Assembly (NCBI GenBank): GCA_025594325.1
Contig: JANHCV010000009.1
Location: forward strand, 62,001 to 126,000
Length of the DNA stretch: 64,000 bases
Direction: 5' to 3'
DNA from: Blastocladiella emersonii ATCC 22665
Taxonomy: Eukaryota > Fungi > Blastocladiomycota
A program made the position numbers and the translations under genes. Each line of letters begins with the position of its first letter. Position 1 is the first letter of the stretch. Shown piece by piece: positions 55,993 through 64,000 of the stretch. The notes below the pieces were generated by a model. It did not search any database. It was not told the origin of the DNA and saw only the letters and a program-made list of their open reading frames with translations.

Positions 55993-58900
55993 ATGTTCGA
56001 CGGCTCATTCCGCTCCAAGCGCACCATCAACCTCGGCGGCCGCAGTACCGCCGCCGCCGCCAACAAGGACCGCGCCGCCCTGCTCCGCCAGGCCCAGGAG
56101 GAACGCCGCGCTCGCGAGGAGGAGCGCGCGAGGCAGTCTTCCGCGCGCCGGATCCAGGTGCGTTCAACGCTCTGTCGCGGAGCTTACGACGCGGGCTGAC
56201 GTAAGCCTTCGTTACTGCTAGGCCCTCTTCCGGTCGCATGCCGCGAGGATGCGCTGGCGCGCCGGGCAGCGTGCTGCATGGGATGCTGCCGTCAACTCGG
56301 GCCCACCGGCCGACTGGGTCGCGCTGCTCCGCGTTCTCGCCTTCTTCTTCGACCACACGGTCCCTGGCGACGTTCAGCGTCTCGCCACGCTCGTCTCCAA
56401 CGCGCCAGCAAACGTCGGTGCGGCTCTGCACGCGCATCCCGGTCTCGCAACGAGGCTTACGACTTCTGCTCTGTCATGGTACGCGCGCCAACCGTTTGCT
56501 CGCCGAAAGCATGATAGCTCACCCTCGATCCTCCCTCTAGTGGACTCGCACGCGACGTTCCGGCGTGGGATACGCCTCTACGCGCCGTCCTGCATTGGAC
56601 TTCACCACAGTCGCCGATCTGGACCGTTTTCTCGGAGCGCCACGCTCGCACCGCCGCACGAGTCGTGATACAGGCTTCCAGTCCCGCACCGGCGCTCGTC
56701 GAGTACCTTGCGCTCGCGGCACGTCTCGATGCGCAGCGCTGGACCCAGCACCTCCTTCCCGTCCCCGACCTCGTGAAGCGCGTGCCGCTCGCGGGCCACC
56801 TGCCTGCCGAGCACGTTGTCGCGCTGCTCCCGCACATCAGCGCGCAGTCAGGGACCCCCGAACGGCTCGGGCACCTGATCCTCAACTACCTACAGCTCGC
56901 TTCGCCGTTCCTCGCCAACCCGCGCGTCGCCGCCCCGACCCTGCTCGCGCTCGGCAACCAGTCCGCCGGGAGCGAGGTCCTGCGCCGGGTGCTCGGGACC
57001 GATGCGGTGCGCCATGTGCTCCTCGAGCCGCGGACGCTGCAGGCGCTGTTCGAGGTCATCACGCACGACGCGATCCCGCGCGACACGCTCGCCGCCTTCT
57101 GCGCGGTCATCGCGCCCGCGCTGCCGCACCTCTCCCTGACGCGCTCGCCGTTCGCTGCGCTGACGCGGCCCGGCCTGCTCGCGCGGCTGCACGCGTACGC
57201 CATGGACACGATCCCGGGCGACGTCGGCGTCTCGCGCACGACCGCCGCCGCCGAGACCGCGGCGCGCAACCCGGCGCACATGGCCGCGGCGTTCGTCTTC
57301 GCCGACTCGCTGTACCGCGTGTGCTCGGCGGCGGGCGACGACGAGTTCTACGCGTTCGCGTGGATCCCGCGGCTCGCGCTGCTCGACGCCGTGCAGTACT
57401 TGCTGTGGCTCACGTTCGCCGTTATGAACAACAGCGGCAGCAACAACCCGCACGCGCCCGCCATCGACCCCGCCGTCCTCACCACGTTCCTGCGCCTGCT
57501 GCAGCACCTGTTCGACCGCGACTCGCGCCGCCGGTTCACGCCCGCCGCCGACTTCTGGTGGCTGCCCGCCGCGAGCACCGCCGTGTTCGTGCAGCAGGCG
57601 ATCGCCGAGATGCCGCCCGCGGGCGACTACGGGCTGCTGGTCGCGCGCGACGGGGATAGCTCGGATGACGATGACGACGAAGAGCTCGATGCGGTCGCGG
57701 CGACGGATGCGGCCGCATCGGCTGCCCGGGCCGCGGCACTCGCGGCGCGCGAGGCAGCGCTGTCGCCGCGCCACCGGATCCTGCGCGACCTCCCGTTCGT
57801 GCTGCCGTTTGACGACCGCGTCAACTTGTTCCGCACGTTCGTCGCCCTCGACCGCGAGGCGACGGGCAACGCGAGCGACGTGCTGCTCTCGGAGCGTCAG
57901 AAGCTCACGATCCGCCGCGATCACATCTTCGAGGACGGGTACGCGATGCTCAACGGACTCGGTACGATACCCTGGCTGCTACAACTCCGCGGCGTCTCGA
58001 CTGACCGACACGGGCGCGCGTACAGGGAGCATGCTCAAGGGCCGTCTCGGGATCACGTTCGTCAGCGAGCTCGGGATGCAGGAGGCCGGTATCGACGGCG
58101 GCGGCGTGTTCAAGGAGTTTTTCACGCTGCTGTCCAAGGAGGCGTTCAGCGACGACGCGCGGCTGTTCGCGTCGGCCGCGACCGCCGACCGCGCGCAGTA
58201 CCCGCGGCCCGACGCGACGCGCGCCGACGACCTGCGCCGGTTCGAGTTCCTCGGGCGGATCGTCGGCAAGGCGCTGTACGACGGCCTGCTCGTTGACGTC
58301 GCGTTTGCGCCCTTCTTCCTCAACCACTGGCTGCAGCGGCGCAACCTGTTCGACGACCTGCCCTCGCTCGACCCGCAGCTGTACAGCTCGCTCGTGTTCC
58401 TCAAGACGTACACGGGCAACGTCGAGGAGGATCTCGCGCTCAACTTTACGGCGACCGTTGACGGTACGGTTCGTCGCGTCGTTCATCGCTCGACTGAAGC
58501 TGACACGTCCGTGCAGACGGCGGCCGTTCGCGCACCATCGAGCTGATCCGGGGCGGCGCACAGGTACCCGTGACGGCTGCGAACCGGATCAAGTACGTGT
58601 ACCAGGTGGCCAACTTCAAGCTCAACACGTCGATCCACCGGCAGTGCGCCGCGTTCCTGCACGGGCTCAGCGAGCTGGTGCGGCCCGAGTGGCTGCGGCT
58701 GTTCAGCCAGGTCGAGCTCGGCAACCTCATGTCGGGCGCCGCCGTCGCCATCGACCTCGACGACATGTACGAGCACACGGTCTACGGCGGCGAGTACTCG
58801 CGCCAGCACCCCGTCATCCGCGTCTTCTGGGAGGTCGTGCGCGGGTTCGAAGAAGAGGATCGCCGGCATCTCGTGCGGTTCATTACGAGCTGCAACCGGT

Positions 58901-59213
58901 ACGCGTTTCGGTACGCGACGGTTTGCGAGCGCGCCATCTGACTGTTTCGTGTGTAGCGCGCCGCTGCTCGGGTTCAAGGAGCTTGTCCCGAAGCTGTGCA
59001 TCCGGCCGGGCGGCAGCGACCAGGAGTGGCTGCCAACGAGCTCGACGTGCGTCAACCTGCTCAAGCTGCCCAAGTACCAGGACAAGGCCACGCTGCGAGA
59101 GTACGTTTCGCTTGACCTGCGAGCGCGAGGACAGCATACTGACGGACTCTTCGCGCGCGTGTAGGAAGCTCCTGTACTCGATCCGCTCGGGCATCGGATT
59201 TGAGCTCAGCTGA
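55993..59213 (+). CDS. HUL5: HECT E3 ubiquitin ligase Hul5/UBE3C, multi-exon
   Basis: MFDGSFRSKRTINLGG...ARRIQ N-terminus; ILRDLPFVLPFDDRV, EAGIDGGGVFKEF, FLGRIVGKALY, LPTSSTCVNLLKLP (catalytic Cys), SGIGFELS*. Confidence 0.95.
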
Positions 59214-59376
59214 AGGCTACGAGGTTGCAACAGTTTGCGTAATACAGATGTATTCAATCACGCATGATGCCACGGCGCGAGTGCGGGCGGCAGCAGTGCG
59301 CTATAGCCCTGAGAGAGATGGATTCGAGCTTGGCCCGTGCGGCGAGACGCAACAGTTTGCGTGAATACGAATTTAT

Positions 59377-61392
59377 TCAATACTCACACCACGGATACAT
59401 CCTGGGTGGCGGCGGTGTGTAGCGCTGGCGGGCAGCTCCAACAACGGTAGGACACGTTGCGCGCATCTCCCGCACCCACGCGTGAAGCGTTGGCCCACCC
59501 GAACCCTGCCGCTCCGCCCAGTCGACCATCGAGGCCAGCGCGGGCGAGTCGGCCAGAACTGGGCGGAACCACGCAGTGCGGAGGTAGAGCGCCATGCCAC
59601 GCTCGTACTTCCACGGACACTGGGTGACCAGGGTCTGGAGCTGCTCGGCGAGGGTCAGCGACATGACCCAAGGCTGCCCGTTGATCGTGGTCACCTGGGC
59701 AGCAAAGTCGGCGAGGGTCCGAAGCGGCTCCAGCGAGCGGACGAGAGCCGTCGGCGCAGACGGGAAGGAGCGGTCCAGCGACTCGGTCGCCGCGGCAAAG
59801 AGAACCTTGAAGACGTCCCGCAAGCAAAGCCCGTGGCCATTGACGCCCAAGCCCGCGGTCGCGTCGATCTGCAGCATGCACCTGGCAGAGCACGGGGGCG
59901 GGCGTGGTCCAGCGGAGACGGTCGAGTGATTGAGAGCGAGGTTGAGGTCGCTGGCCGAGGCGAAGCGGATCCACCTCTTCCATTGGCGGTGAATGTCCTT
60001 GAGCATATCAGGGTCCCGAACCACTTGAGCCTGAAGCGAATTCAAGGTCTCGATGTGAAAGAGCCTCCACTCAGCGCCGGACATGGGCGTGTCGAAAACC
60101 TCGAGTTTGCCTGGGAGAATGTTGTTGTAAGCGGTGCTTGCGAGCGAAAGCGGGAACAGCGACATGGCGCGGGGAAGCACGCTTGCGTCGGTCGCGTTGC
60201 AGACGGACGACGATGCAGCAGCAAAGAGCGGCGACGAGGGCGCCCAGTTGCGCATTTCGGCGGCGTAGCCTTCCAGCTCTGCGATCGAGATAATCGGTCT
60301 CGACCTGAAGGCGTGCTGCACGACCGATGCAAGCACGGATTCAGAGAGCTCGACGTGTACGAGGTGTGGGTACAGCGCGTCAAAATCGTCCGCGTAATGA
60401 GCAAGCAACGGTTGAGGCGTGATACGCGCGATCTTGGCCAAGTGCAAGGACATGGACGCGAGCCGATCAGCGATGTGAATCGAATGGGCGCGGTGCACCC
60501 ATTGCACGAGCAGCGCCGCGGGGCTCGGCTGGTCATCGAAGTCGGCGATCCCAAACACGTTCTCCATGACGTTGGTAAAGAGCTTTTGGACAAAGTTCTT
60601 GGGGATGCTGCCCTTGGTACGCGTCGCTGTGCGGTCCAAAAACTTGCGCAAAAACCGGACGCATTCCGCAGCGCCCTTCCTCGCGAAATGGCGCACCATG
60701 GGCGGCCACCAAGCGGTGTCAAACGCGTCGGGCGCGACAACCCGGATCAGCTCGTCGAGCTGATCAGGGTCGCACCAGGTGTCGTCAGCGAGGTTGAGCT
60801 CGACCAAGGGGTTTACGTAGCGGCGGTACCCGCCGTTTTCGAGGACCGTCTGGAAGATAAGCCGGCCGCGGCGGTTCTTCCACTGGAGGAGGACGAGCAT
60901 GGCTGCGCCGGCGCGACACGTCATGGCATGCTTGACGAGCTGGACGAACACGGCCGGGTCGATGGGCGGCTCGCCGCGGGCCCAGTTCCGCACGGCCTTC
61001 CACCGCGCGTCGCGGGGTCCCGCGTTCTGGGCGATCAAGAGCCGCGCGAACCGGACAAACAGCGACTTGACGTGGCCGTAGCGCAGCGGCTGCTTCAGCT
61101 TGGCGCTCTTGATTGAGCCAGCGTACGTGGGCGCGAATTCGGTGAAGCGTGCGGCGTCGCCGCGTGCGAGCGCCATGAGAGCTGGTAGCCAAGACGGAGC
61201 GTGCCATAAGGTCGAGTCGGCAGCCGCCCGTGAGAGCATGCGCACGCAGAGCGAGTCCTTGACGTCAAAGTAGCGCGCGATCCCGCGGAGCACGTCGCTA
61301 GGCAGCTCGAGCAGGCCGAGCCGCTGCGCCGTCGAGGATGCTGACCGTTTGGTGCCACTTTCATTCGATTCATTGGTGCCAAGGTGATTCAT
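59377..61392 (-). CDS. Intronless orphan protein with an N-terminal F-box-like motif (671 aa)
   Basis: LLELPSDVLRGIARYFDVKDSLCVRMLSR is F-box-like. The rest is helical-looking and I do not recognise it. Codon usage is less GC3-biased than in the neighbours. Confidence 0.65.
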   Translation of the reverse strand: MNHLGTNESNESGTKRSASSTAQRLGLLELPSDVLRGIARYFDVKDSLCVRMLSRAAADSTLWHAPSWLPALMALARGDAARFTEFAPTYAGSIKSAKLKQPLRYGHVKSLFVRFARLLIAQNAGPRDARWKAVRNWARGEPPIDPAVFVQLVKHAMTCRAGAAMLVLLQWKNRRGRLIFQTVLENGGYRRYVNPLVELNLADDTWCDPDQLDELIRVVAPDAFDTAWWPPMVRHFARKGAAECVRFLRKFLDRTATRTKGSIPKNFVQKLFTNVMENVFGIADFDDQPSPAALLVQWVHRAHSIHIADRLASMSLHLAKIARITPQPLLAHYADDFDALYPHLVHVELSESVLASVVQHAFRSRPIISIAELEGYAAEMRNWAPSSPLFAAASSSVCNATDASVLPRAMSLFPLSLASTAYNNILPGKLEVFDTPMSGAEWRLFHIETLNSLQAQVVRDPDMLKDIHRQWKRWIRFASASDLNLALNHSTVSAGPRPPPCSARCMLQIDATAGLGVNGHGLCLRDVFKVLFAAATESLDRSFPSAPTALVRSLEPLRTLADFAAQVTTINGQPWVMSLTLAEQLQTLVTQCPWKYERGMALYLRTAWFRPVLADSPALASMVDWAERQGSGGPTLHAWVREMRATCPTVVGAARQRYTPPPPRMYPWCEY

Positions 61393-61527
61393 GGTAGTCT
61401 GTGCAGGGGAGAGGGGACCGCGCGCGAGCAGTCGACGGCGCTTTGACACGCTCACGCGACCGCGCCGCTCCTCCCTGTCCTCCCCCCGTCCATGCAACCG
61501 ACCGTGAATGCATCTTTACTGGCTGCA

Positions 61528-62932
61528 ATGGCCGCAAATACCATGGAATCAACATCCGCGACTACCTTGACGGCGCCCGGACCGAGTGCCGCGGCCCTCA
61601 CCGACGACACGGCGCAGAAGATCCGCCGCATCCTCGCTGTGGCAGACGGCGAGAGCACACGGTAGCCTTCTCTCGACATGTTGGATGGTGTCTCGTTACA
61701 CCCGTCTCATGCTCGTCTCGTGCGTGTAGCAGCGGAAGCACCCCTGCATCGAACCCAGCGGTCGAGACCCTCGCGCTCGCCGACCGCTTCTCGCGGTCCG
61801 ACTTCCTCGCGAGGCTTCGGTCCTATCTGGTACGACTGCCACGTTCAGCGTGCATCTTCCCGTGCTGACCGTGCGGCTCGCGAGTAGCATTCGACGTTCG
61901 CGTTCTCGCCGAGCAACCTTTCGCCCGTCCACCTCGCTGCGCATGGCTGGGAGTACTCCGCCGAGTCGAACGAGTCGCAGCTCGTGTGCCGCCAGTGCAA
62001 CGCGAGCATCCTCCTGAGCCCTCTGCTCGAGTCGGCCGCTTCGCCAGGTACGCCCACTGGGCTCCGTACCCCACGACTTCCGGCGTGCTCACCCTCCACC
62101 GTAGACTCGACCATCGTCAAGCGCTACCGCGCGCTCACCGAGTCCAACCACGCCGCGACGTGCGCGTGGCGGCAAGGGCCGTGCCCCGAGAGCACCACGT
62201 CCGGGCTGCCCGCGATTCCGCCGTCGCGGTTGCTGCGCGAGATGCAGGCGCGAGTCGCTGACCTCGAGCGCATCCTGACCGAGTCGGTTTCCGCGCTCGT
62301 GTCGAGCGAGCCCGAGATTGTACGTGTCTTGGCGCTCGGCTGGCTTTTGCCGTATCTCACGCGTCCGTGCACACGTAGCCCGACGCTGTCGCTGCGCGGT
62401 TCTCGGACGCGTCACCGACATCGCTGCGGCTCGCCCTTGCCAACTGGTCGCCCGCGTGCCTTTCCGGGGACGCGCCAAGGGAGGAGGACTCGAGCGATCA
62501 CGTTGCTCTGTCGTGCTCGTATTGCTGCCGCCGCGTTGGACTGTGGACGTTCGCCAAGGGTACGCTCTCTTGCACCGCTCCACCGAGCCCGCGCGAGCTG
62601 ACCTCGCACATTCACGAGTAGAGACCAAGCTGGACCCGATCGCCGCGCACAAGTGGTACTGCCCGTGGTCGTCGACGGGCGACGCGTGGTCGACGACGCT
62701 GCGCCGCCTCGCGCCTCCGCGGCCATCAACCTCAAGCGTCCCGTCCGACCAGCCCGAGACCACGGTCGACGCGGCGCTCGACGCGCGGCGGTCGACACGC
62801 AAGCTCGTGTCGTCGATCCGCGCGCTGATCCACGCGTCGACGGCGGGCGGCAAGCGGCAGCGCGACGAGGATCTCGCCGACGCGGCGCGGTGGGAGAAGT
62901 GGCGGCGCGTGCTGCTCCCGGACACGCAATAG
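61528..62932 (+). CDS. RSM1: C3HC zinc-finger protein Rsm1/NIPA (ZC3HC1)-like, multi-exon
   Basis: DRFSRSDFLARLRSY, LSPVHLAAHGW...LVCRQC, NHAATCAWR and LDPIAAHKWYCPW. Exon boundaries were only partly traced. Confidence 0.8.
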
Positions 62933-63209
62933 ATGATGACAATGCTCTCTCTCGTCAACCGATCATCGCTCGCGGAGGCGCGACCGTTGGCAGGGGCGCC
63001 GTCCAAAATTACAATCGTGGTTTCGGGATGAGGTCGGGGCGGGCCGGGATGGCTTGCATGACTCGCGGTTGAAGAGTCGCGCGCCGTTCCCCACGCGGCT
63101 GCTGTTCGCGAACGACTCCCCCTCCTCCTCCTTGCCTTCGCGCAAAGTGCACGGAGCGCACCCCTCCACACTCTCTGCAACGCATCAACCACCCGCACCG
63201 AACCAAACC

Positions 63210-64000
63210 ATGCGCGACCTCATTGTCCTGGGCGGGTCGTCGCACCCGGAGCTGACCGAGGCCATCTGCGACCGGCTGGCCATCAAGCCGGGCGAGGTGA
63301 AGCTGTCCAAGTTCAGCAACAACGAGACCAACGTCGAGATCTTCCAGTCGGTGCGCGGCATGGACGTGTTCATTGTGCAGAGCGCGTGCGGCAACGTCAA
63401 CGACAAGCTCATGGAGCTGCTGGTCATGGTGTCGGCGTGCAAGATCGCGTCGGCCCGCAAGATCACCGTGGTCATGCCGCTGTTCCCGTACTCGCGCCAG
63501 CCCGACGCCCCCTACAAGCGCAACGGCATGCCGCTCAACCGCCTGTCGCCCGAGGCGTGCGCCAAGCTCGCCGAGATGCAGGGCATGCCGTTCCCGCACG
63601 TCGTGCCCAGCTCGAGCCCGAGCTCGCGCAGCCCGTCGCCGACCAAGGACCGCGCCGCGAGCCCCGACTCGATCGTCACGCGCACCGGCGGCCCCGACGC
63701 GCGCGCGTCGCGCGCCGGCAGCCCGCACGGGTACTATGCGGGCGCGGCGGGGCCCTCGCGCACCGGCAGCACCACGTCCAACGGCGCCGGCGGCAACGCG
63801 GCGGGCGGCGGGTACAAGGTGTGGACGGCCAAGCCCGGCACGCTGATTGCCGACATGCTGGTGGCGGCGGGCGCGCAGCACATCATCACGCTCGACATGC
63901 ACCACCCGCAGTTCCAGGGCTTCTTCGACATCCCCGTCGACAACCTGCTGTCGTACCCGCTCATGTACAAGTACATTATCGAGAAGATCCCCGAGTGGCG
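63210..64000 (+). CDS. Ribose-phosphate pyrophosphokinase (PRPP synthetase, Prs5-like with a non-homologous insertion), 3' truncated
   Basis: GGSSHPEL...FSNNETNVEIFQSVRGMDVFIVQS...LMELLVM...PLFPYSRQ, then a Ser/Pro/Gly insert, then LIADML..AGAQHIITLDMH..QFQGFFDIPVDNL. Confidence 0.95.
   Translation, partial: MRDLIVLGGSSHPELTEAICDRLAIKPGEVKLSKFSNNETNVEIFQSVRGMDVFIVQSACGNVNDKLMELLVMVSACKIASARKITVVMPLFPYSRQPDAPYKRNGMPLNRLSPEACAKLAEMQGMPFPHVVPSSSPSSRSPSPTKDRAASPDSIVTRTGGPDARASRAGSPHGYYAGAAGPSRTGSTTSNGAGGNAAGGGYKVWTAKPGTLIADMLVAAGAQHIITLDMHHPQFQGFFDIPVDNLLSYPLMYKYIIEKIPEW

Noticed and set aside
49952-61392. A functional ubiquitin-proteasome gene cluster (alpha-1, F-box, HECT, F-box, NIPA)
   Set aside because: The genes act in unrelated complexes and are interleaved with B9D1 and an unknown gene. 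Such genes are common enough for chance adjacency.
63520-63810. Large insertion in the PRPP synthetase as a novelty
   Set aside because: Non-homologous insertions at this position are already known in fungal Prs5-type subunits.
1-64000. tRNA, rRNA, snRNA or transposase genes
   Set aside because: I recognised no cloverleaf or T-loop consensus, rRNA-like tract, or DDE/RT/tyrosine-recombinase ORF by eye. A covariance-model search (tRNAscan-SE, Rfam/Infernal) would be needed to exclude small RNAs.

Overview
GC-rich eukaryotic DNA with short GT-AG spliceosomal introns (donors mostly GTACGT/GTGCGT/GTGAGY, branch CTGAC/CTAAC/CTCAC, acceptors mostly TAG). The gene set is fungal (Rax1, Sgf11, Bzz1, Hul5, Rsm1) and includes the ciliary transition-zone gene B9D1, so the source is most likely a zoosporic fungus; Blastocladiomycota is my guess. 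Gene models were spliced by hand because the ORF track ignores introns. Conserved genes: RAX1, SGF11, a DUF726 protein, cytochrome b5, BZZ1, NSE4, TBP, a DPP8/9-like peptidase, clathrin heavy chain, proteasome alpha-1, B9D1, HUL5/UBE3C, RSM1/NIPA and a PRPP synthetase (partial). Lineage-specific material: an NmrA-like protein with about 27 copies of a 15-aa repeat and a CaaX end; a GPI-anchored DOMON protein; a Kex2-processed acidic repeat-peptide precursor; five RlpA-like DPBB/expansin-like genes plus a CAP gene; three BTB genes (two decayed); a kelch-like single-pass membrane family (two intact, two remnants); and two intronless F-box genes. Best leads: an alternative 3' splice site that would swap the cytochrome b5 transmembrane tail for a perfect CaaX box (CLIM*), a similar hidden last exon that would swap a GPI signal for a basic soluble tail on a DPBB gene, the KEP precursor, and the NmrA-repeat-CaaX protein. 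No tRNA, rRNA, CRISPR array or transposase was recognised.
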